DNA of 63,333 bases, filler included, from Choristocarpus tenellus KU-1152 (taxonomy: Eukaryota; Protista; Phaeophyceae): the NCBI GenBank assembly GCA_964200185.2. It is 13 parts of 13 records of this genome, joined end to end, with 100 filler letters (N's around TTAATTAATTAA, not from the genome) between each part and the next. Parts side by side here need not be neighbours in the genome. Positions count along the whole stretch, not along the records: positions 22,787 to 26,776 come from CAXNAD020016775.1; positions 26,877 to 30,050 come from CAXNAD020021786.1; positions 30,151 to 33,425 come from CAXNAD020021109.1; positions 33,526 to 37,097 come from CAXNAD020019183.1; positions 37,198 to 45,188 come from CAXNAD020005295.1; 8 more parts are not named here. One strand, written 5' to 3'. Under the pieces are notes generated by a model. It made no database searches. It saw nothing but the letters and a program-made list of their open reading frames with translations, and was not told the origin of the DNA. The position numbers and the translations under genes were made by a program. Shown here piece after piece: positions 26,062 through 38,063 of this stretch; the first letter of the stretch is position 1, and each line of letters starts with the position of its first letter.

Positions 26062-26939
26062 GCTCTCAGTTGCAATATTTGTGCTGCAAGATTAAACCCA
26101 AGGATTGCCGTGGGCTCCTTTTGTGTGTTGGAACTTAGTATTGCGGTGCTTTGCGTAACCCTTAGCATGTTAGGAGCAAGTACAGGAAGGGGCAAGGCTT
26201 TGGGCCTTGCAATCAGATGACTTGCATGTCGTATGTGTTATGTTCAGAGAAGGTCCATCCCATCATGTCTAAACTTGGCATAGATAGGTAATATTTCTCT
26301 TTATGAGAAGATGAGGGGGAAGAGCAAATTAAAGGCATGCTACAGTGAAACCAAAGTTTCGCAGAGGGGTGTAGGAGAACTGCAAAGAATCAGAGACTCT
26401 GGTGTAACCTTCAAGGCTCGAAGATTATAGTAGTGGAGGGTTCTTGGAGAGATATGATCCAGTAGGGTGTCCATCCTGCTCTTTGGCGAGTGTAAAGGTT
26501 CCAATGCATCTTCTTGAGTTTTTTGTATGGCCAAGTATTGACCGTAAGCCGACCAGGGGCTTGCTCAGGGGTGTACGGATGCACCCTCGAAGATTTTTGA
26601 GGATAATGCCTAGGAGGGAATAGAGCAGTCTTCGATTTTCTGTTGTATGAGATCGGCAAGATGGAGAGGGAAAGGGGGGAGAGGGGGGGGGGGGGGGGGG
26701 GGGTTGAAGGGAAAGATTGGCATCAGAAAGGGGGGGGGGGGGGGGGGAGGGCAGGGAGCAGAGGTAGATCTATGTGNNNNNNNNNNNNNNNNNNNNNNNN
26801 NNNNNNNNNNNNNNNNNNNNTTAATTAATTAANNNNNNNNNNNNNNNNNNNNNNNNNNNNNNNNNNNNNNNNNNNNCCCCCCAGATACTTTGGGTCAGAT
26901 GTTGAGGGATTCGATGGCGGCATCCGGGCTAGCGTTTAG

Positions 26940-28248
26940 TACAGTGTTGTTGGACCGTTAGTGATGGGGTATTGGATGTCGAAATATCGAAACGGCTGTA
27001 CCGCGCTTATGCTGGAGCTGTCACGCTTCTTGTGTTCTCTCCATACCCCGAGAAGGATGTCCTCCAGCTCTTTTGTTTCTGACGGAACATAATGAGGGGA
27101 AGAAAGGGATTGGGTTAGATGGATCACCGATGCTGAATGAATATGGATATGGGCGACGAAACGTAGGCGATGATTCATAATCGTTTCACGAATGGTTTCC
27201 TGGGAAGGAGCCATGAGAACCTCACCTTCTCCCTCGCATATCTGCACAAGGGTGGCGATCGAATTGTAGAACTGGGCAGAAGTTGGTCGCCGACTTTTCT
27301 CATCCTGGTTTCCATGAGTGTGTCCTCCCACGCTTCTGTGAGGAATGACTTTATTTTCGCAGCAACCCTCCTATTTATTGCCGTCTGGAATGCGGCGGCG
27401 GCACTCCGGAAGTCTATGTCTCCCAGACAGTATTGGTTGCATCGGGTTAGCAATGCCATCATGCGCGTGTGACGATCAGAGTCCTCACCCGTACCCTACA
27501 GGTAGGGGCGGGACCTGTCAGACCTGAAGTCGCGCTTATACTCCATGATAGCTGCAACCCAACACACCATCGAATGGAATATGTCCAGGATGTTAGGTAC
27601 GTGTGGTTGCTGGCCACCACACTCTCCTATGGATATTGATTCAGCCTCCTCGCGACTGCAGTGTTGAACTATCTTCGACATGAACCTCCTGTGCTCGCCT
27701 ATCTGGAGGTTTGCTCCAACGTCTGATGCCCATCACGTTGCGACGTGGGCTGGGAGGTTGATGCTGCATGGTATATTATCCCCTTTCGCCACGCACTCGA
27801 TGACCCTCAGGAGCATGATCCTATGTTGTCCATTCAGAGAAAACAAGACGCTATTGTCGTTGTCCGGATCCCTAGCGTCGCCATCCTCCTCTAGTTCCAG
27901 GTTGCCATTTGCAATGTAGTGCGTGAGCAGTTCGCTGTCGGGCACATCAGAGGGTACCTTTGCTCTGCGCATGTCGGCCTTGAACTTATGGATCTTTTTA
28001 TATCACGAGCACAAAGAGAAAAGCTTCAACTCAGGATCCCCGCGAGTTTATCGACGATGACTTGTGGGTCCGGGTCCAGCTTTGAAAAAATTGACTCTAA
28101 CCTATCTTTATTAAGGAGATTGACATTTTACCTCTGGGACAAGAAAGCAATTGTGGGCAGGTTGATTGTACGGGTTGCGCTGAGGTTTGACGTGATCAAA
28201 TCTGTCGTCTTTTCCTCTTCAGGTTTCTTTGGGCCTCCGATCGACTGC
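26940..28248 (-). pseudogene. Disrupted ORF with a ParB/Sulfiredoxin-like NGQHR motif; function unknown
   Basis: ORFs 27733-27972, 27496-27681 and 27175-27462 are in one frame broken by single stops. Acceptor CTTCACAG at 28249-28256; motif VLFSLNGQHRIMLLRVI, with NGQHR at 27820-27834. Confidence 0.55.
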
Positions 28249-29669
28249 CTGTGAAGGTAGGGGGGGATATTTTATGACACAACGAAATCAGCAAACATGA
28301 AGGATATCGACACAGGGACGGGTACTATTGTTGGGCGATGACAGCAAGGTTATTGTTGTATAAACAGTGAAAGAGTATGTGATCAACGATGACGGGAGAT
28401 CTGTAGGGAGTGCGAGGTTCATGTCAATGCATGGGCTAGGCAAACGTAATATGATATGGATGAAGCGCTGTTTTCGTCGTGAGGACGGCGTAGCGTTTTT
28501 CGCGGAGGCTTTGCTATTTGCGAACATGCGTTGAACGGTAAACCCCACCAACATGGGAGGAATATTGAATATGAGAATGCACCAATACTGTACGCAGATG
28601 AAAAGGATTTGCGCGCCGACCCAGGATAGATGTCGGGAGGGCAACCCTGCACAGGTTTGTGTTTGACATAGACCAGACAGTAATGAAGAAATTTGATGTG
28701 TTATGTTGGACGGTAAAGGTCATCAATTTTGAAGGCACGGCAAAATGGTTGGGAGTGGTATGTACCGATTTGGAACAAGCATGGAAAGCAGGAAAACATT
28801 AAGTTGAACCCGCAAAAGTGAAAGTAAGAATGCACCAGTTTGAAACGAATATGCCAATTTTGGAACGTACTTCGAAGTAGAAATTTGGTATGTTCTGCCG
28901 GTTGGCAGAAGCCATCGAAATCTAAAGTAAGGTTACCGCGGTTTTTTTACTAACCTACGCGCGCGTGTTGATACCAACGCGCGAGTTAAATCAAGATCGC
29001 ATTGCAACGCGATACGAACCTTATTGGAAACGTTCAAATCGGATCGGAGCCCTAACACATGCATATCGATGGTGTCACCACGTAGCATTCGGCAGATGGT
29101 GCATGGGTTTGGATCGTGGAATCCTAGTTCTATTTCGGATCAGTCGTCAGATTACTCTCAAAATATGTCACTGCAACCCATGTTCCAATTTCGGTTAAGT
29201 TCGGTTGAATTTGCTGGAATTAATTCAGAAAATAGCCGCTGCATTGCCAGTACGTCGACATGTTATATATAAGGTGAAATCTGTCTCTTCGCGGATTGGG
29301 TTGAGTGTTCGAGATGTAGGTAATTAGTGGTGGTTAGGGTTTGCATGTAAGGATCATGGGTGTTGCCTTCAGGGCTTACATTGTCAGCAACTGGGGTGGG
29401 TGGGGTGAACACGGTAGGATGGAAGCTTTGGATAGTGGGCTGCCGACAGGGTATGGTGTGCACAGTGCTCTGACATGGGAGTAAAGACATTACACGCGGC
29501 TTAGAAATCGCCACAGATGTATACGTTATTTTGCGCCCGGTTGGTGTTGGGTTAGATCCAACGTCAAATGCGATCGGGTAAGCGACACTGGCACTGCTGG
29601 TGGCAGACGGTTTATGAACGGTTTCGATCAAACAAATAAAAAAATGCTGGAGTTGTGATTTTGGTGAAA

Positions 29670-29905
29670 CCACTATTGACAGCTGGTATGTACACGGTTC
29701 TAATGGTGATAAATACAGGGGCATCGGATTTCGAAACATTGGTGTCACCATTGTTGAAAGGTGGCGTGTACACGGTTCTGATGGTAAGAAATACAGGGCA
29801 TCGAATTTGAAAATGTTGGTGATGATATCACTATTTACAGCTCGTGTGTACACGGTTCTAATGGTGATAAAAACAGGGGCATCGGATTTGAAAACGTTGG
29901 TGATA
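29670..29905. repeat. Three tandem ~78-80 bp units
   Basis: GTACACGGTTCT at 29690, 29768 and 29848. Confidence 0.9.
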
Positions 29906-29970
29906 CTGTGCAATATAGACTGATATTCTATATGGATTATACGCATTTAGTGAACACCACTAGACAACAG

Positions 29971-30048
29971 GAATGTCGGCTAAGTGGAACAAGTGGCATC
30001 GACTTCTGTTAGTGTGTGTGGAGTAATGAGTTCGAATCTCAGATGTTC
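29971..30048 (+). other. tRNA-like element (SINE head or tRNA pseudogene), cut by the contig end
   Basis: A-box-like TCGGCTAAGTGG, T-arm TGAG-TTCGAAT-CTCA, and GAATGTC/GATGTTC can pair as an acceptor stem. The anticodon arm does not fold. Confidence 0.5.
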
Positions 30049-30168
30049 GGNNNNNNNNNNNNNNNNNNNNNNNNNNNNNNNNNNNNNNNNNNNNTTAATT
30101 AATTAANNNNNNNNNNNNNNNNNNNNNNNNNNNNNNNNNNNNNNNNNNNNGGGTGTAGCGGTGGGTGT

Positions 30169-30205
<37 letters not shown>

Positions 30206-33200
30206 GGGGATTAAAGCGGCTTGCCAAACAGAAAGGGGATCTGTCCCTCATTGGCTGTTGGGTTATAATTTATTCATTTTGTAATTGGAATTCATTTTGG
30301 CATTGTGATAAGGTTTGTGGGTCATATTCTACCTTGGAGAGCATCTGACTGCCAGCACATGATCCAGAAATTTCCTCTTGACATTGACCCTATTGTCCTT
30401 GCCACTATTTCATGCGTTTTGGACTGTCACTTTTTCCCTGTAGAATGGTGGAACAAGTGACCCTGATGTACCTAACCTGGTCTGACCATAGGATAGGTCT
30501 TACACACTTTGGTATATTCTTGGAGGGGGGGGCATATGCACTGATGTGCAGACTGCTCTTGTTCCTTCAAGGAATCCTCTCTGGCCTAGTAGCAGTCTGA
30601 CACTGGGGCATGTGTTTGCACTAGTTGATGCAGGTACACACATCTGTTATCCTTGTGTGTGGCAGGTGATTGATGATCCCATGTGTAGATTGAATTTTTT
30701 GTAAGGACCAGTGAGTGAGTGGACTGGCAAGCTTAAAGGGTGCAGGGGAGGGGGAGGGGGAGAATATGAATCAATTTTTTTTGTAGCTAGTATGAGTGAT
30801 AAGAAAATGCAGAATGTAGACTCATGTTGCCATGCTGGTGTCATGAAGCAGTTGTTATCATATCCACTCATGACACAGCTCATTCTTGTGTTGAGTCCTT
30901 GTTTCACGCAGGTCCCAAAACACTACAAATTCCCCCAAGGCATGTAAATATACCTCCCGTGTATGATACCAAGGGTCTGGGACACAGCTATGGTGTGTCT
31001 GTTCAGTAACAGAAGGAGGTTGTAAACTGAATAGGTGTTGATATTTGGGGGATTTTTTCGAAGCAAACACAGTTCTAGACGCTATCAGGTGCTGTTATAC
31101 CTCTGCAGCAGCATGGTTTGGTGATGGTTGTATTGATTGGGACTAATTTTGGAAAGTGCAAGAAGCACCACTGGTGTTGCTGTATATCTGATATTTTTGG
31201 AGTTTGTTGCAGCTTCAGCAGAAATATGGTGCATATGGAGGCATCTTGTTGGAGGAAGGATAGATTATTGCGTTTGTTTTCTGTGCAAAATTGTTATATA
31301 AAAAGAAAGCCCCTGCAATCCAACCTTGATCTACATGTACTTGTGATGCTGTACCTTATTTTTTTATACATTTTTTTTACTGCCTGTATACTCCACCATC
31401 GGATCCTTGAAAGTCCAGGTCATGTGCTGGGTCCAGGTCCAGCAAAATGTGATCCAAAATCCTGGTTTCATTTTCTGTTACAATGCCCAGAGTAGTACAG
31501 TCAAACGCCTGTACTAAACTCTGTGCCATGTCTAGGGCATACTGTGCAGATTGCACAGCAGACCTTGGTTGCATTTCGCAAAGCCCCAATGCTGGCATTT
31601 GAACCTGCCCACACTGCCCACAGATTTGTGTAGTAAGTCCAGTTGACCAGTGCAGTAACAGACCTGAGAGTGTCAATAGATGAACAGCTGCCGTGTACGA
31701 TGATGTGCCATGAAAATTTTGTTCTATTTCTGGCCCCTGACAATGCTTGATATGTCGAGGCTGGGCCCAGTGAATTGCCATTCATCCCACAGCACTAAGT
31801 GCAGGCTCAAGTCTCAGACTATGGTGCTGAGTCCAGGTTCAGACCTTGACATGTTTATGCAAGGCTCATGCCTGGATTTGTACCATACCTGTGGAGCCAG
31901 GGGGATCCAAGAATGAACCCAAAGTGAAATACGGAGTTAGCCTCAAATCTGGTTCTGTTGCCAAATGTGAGAAAAGAGAAGAGCCACGGCAATTAGTTCC
32001 TTGCTGAGCATACATACTGTTTTCACGAGGAAGTACTAGAGTGTGGGTGCAATGCAGCACAGGCGCTACATATGCAGATAGTGCTCTCCTTCAAGATCCT
32101 TGTACGCGGTAAAGGTATGGGCTGTACAGCCGAGGGAAGCAGAATCCCAAAAACCAAAGAGTGCCAATACAAAGAAATCTAGTGTCTTTCCTCTCTTCCA
32201 GGGTGTGGAAGGGCAGAGCAATGAGATAGGGGAAGCCCAGCACCATGAGTACACTCTTGATTCTTAAGAGAACTGAGTACACTATAGTGGTGCCAATATT
32301 GATAGAGGTTACTCAGCTGGCAAATGCATCATACTTCTGTACTCCAGAGAAGTACTACTTCTTGGCTCAATGCAAAATATAAACCGTTCAATTAGTCTCC
32401 ATTTTGTTTTTGATACCACATTCGCAACCCTCAAAATGTTGATGAGACAAACCAACTGAGAGGTAGGCAAGGTTATATTTTAAGGATCCCAAGAAATGGA
32501 AAAAATGCTCTATTTGGTACAATTAATTGCGTGAAGACCCTTTGCGGACTTGTGTTGTCAACGTGTGTGTGGAATGGAGGAAAATCAAATTTCCCTACGC
32601 TATTGACACATAACACAATGAAATAGGGTGTGTTGCACAGAGTAACAAAGATAGCCTAGAATGCCTTCAATCTACTCCCGAGTATACTTTAATATATCGT
32701 TTTGATTTGTTGCTCTAACCCTGAGTAAAGGTGCAAACACTTAAGTGTGAAAGGATGTTAGAAATGTGCAGTTTGAATATTAAGTACTCCAGAGTACATA
32801 TTTTCACGCTCATATTCATTTAGTCCTTTATTGTTACTATGTCCTGCTACAGCAGTTTGAGTATAGAAAAAAAAGTATATGAACTTGAATAACAACAGTA
32901 CATGATGACCGTCGGCATCGAGAGTGTGACAGCCACCCAACAAGTGCCGCCACACTTCGACTAAAATTGTGCTACACACAACGCAATGAACCTAATCCGG
33001 CAGGTTGATGGCTAATGATGTCTACAATACACATGTCCCCTGGAATACTGCTGAAATATGTATTGGGAGATCGGCCTATGATCAACACTCAAATCCACGT
33101 AACAAGCGCGTTTTGTCAGTATTACAATACTTCGAAGTATTTTTTAACATTGCTTCACGCAAAATTCACGACGATGTCATCCTGTTGTAGGTATATGTTA

Positions 33201-33954
33201 TAATGTCATCGACTTACAGTTGGCGAATAGCAGGTATAGGGTGCCTACTAGAGAAGGGCAGTAGCATGGAGAACGGTAATTACCTAAACCTGAAGTTATC
33301 ATCAAGAACATTCCCGAAAATAGCACTTTTACTAACAGCAATCAAACAATTATTTATTCGTGTGAATCGTGTGATTCTGTGGCGGCGTGGTTCACTCAGG
33401 CAAGGGTAGCGAAGAGAATCACCGGNNNNNNNNNNNNNNNNNNNNNNNNNNNNNNNNNNNNNNNNNNNNTTAATTAATTAANNNNNNNNNNNNNNNNNNN
33501 NNNNNNNNNNNNNNNNNNNNNNNNNCAAATGGACAAACAGGGAAAAATTCGTACCCTCTAAGATAGTTTCACTCAGGTACGGGCATGATCATGAAAAGAG
33601 TTCACACAGTTGAGTATGCCCTGGTTCTTCCCCCCAGGATCATCAGACTCCTGCAACTTCCCTCAACACCCACCCCTTCCCAACACCTGTGCCTTGCCCC
33701 TCTGAAAGAGTACTATGTAGTACCGTGTTTTCACTGGAGTAAGATCCAATCCTGAACTTGTACCCCTTACTCTCTCCACCCTGGAGTTCCGTGTCTTCGA
33801 CCTCCAGCAGGCACTTTCGTTCTTTTGATGCGACCAGGAGCCCTTGGGAACGAACCTTTTCGGAGGAGGATTGGCCTTATGAATCCATGAGGAACACTGA
33901 GAATGCTGGGGTCTTGAGTGCGTAGATGTGGATGCATGCTACAGATTGCTATTT

Positions 33955-34048
33955 TTATTGTTATTACTATTACTATTACCACTACTATTACCACTACTAC
34001 TACCTCTACTACTATTACTACTACTACTACTATCACTATTACTATTAC
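33955..34048. repeat. (ACT/ATT)n trinucleotide microsatellite
   Basis: Direct inspection. Confidence 0.9.
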
Positions 34049-34899
34049 AATTTTTTCTTATTTTTTATTCTTGACCTACCTTCTTGTATCGTTTGATATC
34101 TTTGTTGGCATAAGAAGATACAATCATATGCACAGATCACATAATTGCAAGGGGATGTACCTTTCCCAATGGTACTATGCAGGTCGGAAAGAAGAAAATC
34201 TTAAGAGAATGCTCTATTTCTCCAAGCTCAGGATAATAAAAATGTGAACTATGCAGGTGGCTCCTATAAACGCATTTTCTTGTTGCAAAGTATGCTGAGC
34301 CGAAAGACTACCCAAGCAAGAAGCTCTCTGAGTTTCACACTGTTTCAAGCCACTTGTCACTCTTGCTGTAATATCTGGGCCTCATGCCACCAATGCCCAC
34401 CCACAAGTCAACCACCTAGCCATAACCTTAACCCTATCCCTCTTAATCATCAAGAGATGCAGGGGTTTTTAAAAACGACATTATACTGTCAAAATGTCTC
34501 AGTCTCTGAAGAAAGGATCAAGTTCAGCATGAATACCCTCACCTGTTTTTGATCAAGTTCACCAACTCGCTCCAAGCTGGGTGCAACTATTTTGCTCTTA
34601 CCCATGGTAGGGTCGAGCCATCCTGCACCCATTGACGGCCCTGTTCCCATGAGCACTTGCAAAGGATAGATGATACCCACCTCCCTTGGCGTCAAAGTCA
34701 GTGGCGATACTACTCCTGATTCACCTGTCCATGCCACAGAGCTATCTTCACATCCATTGCAGGGTTCAGATGGTGGTTGGTTGGGTTGATGCATAACACT
34801 GTAGGAAAAGGAAGGCAAAGGATGCAGCAAAGCTGGCATAGGGGAGTGCTTAAGGGTCAGATGAACAAGAACAATAGTGAATACGTTGGTTAAGGTCAA

Positions 34900-35891
34900 A
34901 ACTGGAAGGATGACTCGCCTCTGCTGAGGGTACGATCTCTGTAGCTCGCTGGGTGCTGTATCTCCATCGCCTCAGTGTCTCCATAACAGAAGGACTTTCT
35001 TTGTGCCCCATATCCAATTGATGCAGGATGAACCACTTCCCAGGACCCAAAGGCTATAGCACTAGAGTCGTCAAACCCACCACTGGTATTCGTGAAGCTA
35101 CCGCTCTTAGTCCTCTCATAGCAGGAGCCTACACTACTTGCATCACCAGGTAAGGTCCCACATACTTCCTGGGTGACTTCAATGGCACCCTTACCGGCGC
35201 TCAGACATTCCAGGTCACTGGCACCACTGCCACCACTAGGGCGGTTGCATTCACTCCCACCATTGCTATCACTACCTGAGTCGTAAGAATTACCACTGTG
35301 TGTCAACAGAGATGCCATGGCAACCTTCATTGTAAGAACCTTGAGAATATTCCTCTCCCCTCGCAGCAGCATCATTATTGCCTCCTGCAGCATGGCCAGA
35401 GACTTTGCCATCTCTCTCCCAGTTATTGTTTCCTCCTCAGTCACATGGAAGTGTTCCACAGCAGCACGAACCAGACCTTCAAGGTCAGCTTCTTCCTTCC
35501 TGCCTCGTGTCTTCCATGGTCCCTCTCCATGTCCTTCCCACCATTCTCCTCCTCCCTTGTTCCCTTTCTCCCCTCCATCTGCCTCTCTCTCAGTAGCCTG
35601 ACTGCAGCTTCCATTCATGCTGTCAATACTATCTCCATTTGTGCCCCCTTCCTTGCCTGCCCTTTTGCAGTGAGGTCCATTCTTGTGATCATCCCCTTCT
35701 GGTCCCAATGACTGAAAGTTATTCACGTCCCTCAAAATGTGCTGGAGGGATTGGTAGCTGAGCAAATGTGACGCAGATAACTGATTCAGAAGCCCTTTAT
35801 CACCCAAGTCGACGTTCTTGGATGGGAGGGAGGCAAGCCAATCCTGACTAGCATCTAGTTCAGCGTCCTCCTCTCTGTGCTTAAGAGTATC
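34900..35891 (-). CDS. Large internal exon (~330 codons) of an unknown Gly/Ser/Glu-rich protein; a further exon is likely at ~34544-34800
   Basis: 352-aa ORF, the longest in the window. Acceptor GTTGACCAG before DTLKHREE; downstream pyrimidine-rich acceptor TTTTCCTACAG and donor CAG/GTGAGG. The donor of the large exon is uncertain. Confidence 0.6.
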
Positions 35892-37604
35892 CTGGTCAAC
35901 GTTTATTTTTAACAGCGTGATGAGGATGACATTTGGTGCACATATGTGGTACACTGAAAGGCGGCAAAGATTGGAGGGTGGTGCATAGTCTGGAAGTAAG
36001 AACTAATTGGAAGTGCTGTCAAGTGAGTCCTGCAGAGGAAAAAGTTGTAGTGTAAGGGGTATGGCGGTTATGGTTAACTTCAACAAAATAAATGCTATCA
36101 ACATTGCTCACATCTTTTGTGCGATAATGTGGCTGGAAAGATTTCACGAATGCATCCCCTTTGAAGAATTACTCTTCAGAGTCAATGGTGAAAGGTGATA
36201 CACCTTTAGAAAGTATTTTCAGGATTCCTAAATATCGTTCGTCACACAAAAATATACTGCACGTACAGGTTTGACATTGTGGCAGACCCTGTGGCCTTGT
36301 TGTGCCCAGAAAGTCATGTGCAAATATGCGCATTCAAAACTAGTCAAAAAGTAAACAAGAGAGGTAACCCAGGGTTGCATTTTTTGGATGCTTACAAAAA
36401 AATATTCAAAATTGGTCTCTTTTTATTCTTTAGCAAACGCGTAGGATATTTTCTCGATTGCGTCGAAAGGTTTCAAGCAATGGAGAAATCAACGTTCTCA
36501 TATGTCAAATGTAGCAGCTCATCCGTAGAAATGTTTATGCATTGCAAAAGTTTGAAAAAATGGTTTCAGATGCAAAACGGCAAAAAACTGGGAACCTCTC
36601 GTATACTTTGGTTCAATACTTGTTCGTCCCCTCTGGCGCTTGTTCCATGCTGGCATGCGGAGTCTTCAGACTTACGATGCATTACCTTTCCTTCAAGTAT
36701 CCAAACCTATTTCTACCATACAGTTCTATATAACTTTGAAGAATGCACCTGTACAGGAATGATATGCTGAGTGCACATAAAATACACTGGAAAAGAAGTA
36801 AACCTTACATTGAATTCCAATCCTACGCTTTAAAACACTTGTGTATGTAGCAGACATGATGAACCAACTGAAATTATTCCGAACATATTATTATTCTTAG
36901 ATCATGTTTTCTAGCGGATTAGGATCATGTGTCACTCGGAGAAGGCGTTCAATGTCAAGAAGTAAGTCACTTCCGCTTTGTGCCCTCATGTTATTTTTTA
37001 TCCTCATAACATTGTCACACATGATCTCTAAAGCAGACCGTGTCCCACACTTACATGATATGTATATTTTCTGCCCCTGCACCCCCCCCCCCCCTGCNNN
37101 NNNNNNNNNNNNNNNNNNNNNNNNNNNNNNNNNNNNNNNNNTTAATTAATTAANNNNNNNNNNNNNNNNNNNNNNNNNNNNNNNNNNNNNNNNNNNNATG
37201 TAAATGTACGTTTCCTGGTTTTGACCCAAATGGACACCCTGGTGTAGACCCCCCCCCCCCCCTCCCCCCCCAGATACTTTGGGTCATTTTCGTGTAAAAG
37301 GAACCCAGTTGTACTCTTGAGTGGAAGTCAAAAAGGAAACCAAAAAAGGACTGTGAGGAATACCCTAATAGGGTGATGCAGGGATGGGTAAGTCATGATG
37401 ATGGTGATTGGGATGGAAACTTTGTAAGGACTAAAGCATGGGGGGATGGTGGATCATGTGCAGCTGAGGAAACTAGAAGAAATAGTACTCACATTTTCTA
37501 CAATAAGAGTGTGTGTTAAATAGTACTCCAGAGTATGCTCTAGCAAGGATTGGATCCACATGTGATATTTGATACACGGTCTACCAAACAAATACCGTGC
37601 CCTA

Positions 37605-38063
37605 GACCCAAAGTATCTGGGGGAGGGGGGTGGGTCTACACCTGGGTGTCCATTTGGGTCAAAATCAGGAAACGTACATCGGACATTATCCATCGGACGT
37701 ATGCAACCAAATCAAATCAACCAAATCAGAGTGAAAGTATCTTAGAGGGTACGGGTTTTGCCCTGTTTGTCCATTTGGGGCTTGGCTTCTCATGCCTTTT
37801 TTTATGACATTTTACATACTCCAAAATGTTTCTGAGTAGTTAAAAAAATACCTATGAAAAGTTGTGTCCAGAAGACGGATATTGACACTTCCTAACAAAC
37901 ACGATGACCAACATTGCATCAAAATCGTAACATTTGATTTTGACCCCCAAATGGACGCGGCTTTACCCTCTAAGATACTTTGGTTCATCACCCAAAAAAA
38001 ACTCGACATGAAAAAATTGACCCCAAATGGACAGCTGCCACCCCCCTCCAGATACTTTGACAC
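37605..38063. mobile_element. MITE B (TSD CCTA) containing a nested MITE A (37729-37986, TSD ATCA)
   Basis: Removing A plus one ATCA restores the B consensus CCAAATCACCCAAAAA. Confidence 0.93.

Noticed and set aside
29670-29930. Plus-strand beta-helix-like repeat (TIDSWYVHGSNGDKYRGIGF)
   Set aside because: Differences between units are mostly non-synonymous in this frame, several are synonymous on the opposite strand, and there is no long plus-strand ORF.
30151-30210. Functional G-quadruplex in long G runs at contig ends
   Set aside because: Homopolymer lengths at contig ends are unreliable and mostly belong to MITE B termini or simple repeats.
33767-34247. Poly-Thr and poly-Val ORFs
   Set aside because: Produced by the ACT/ATT microsatellite.
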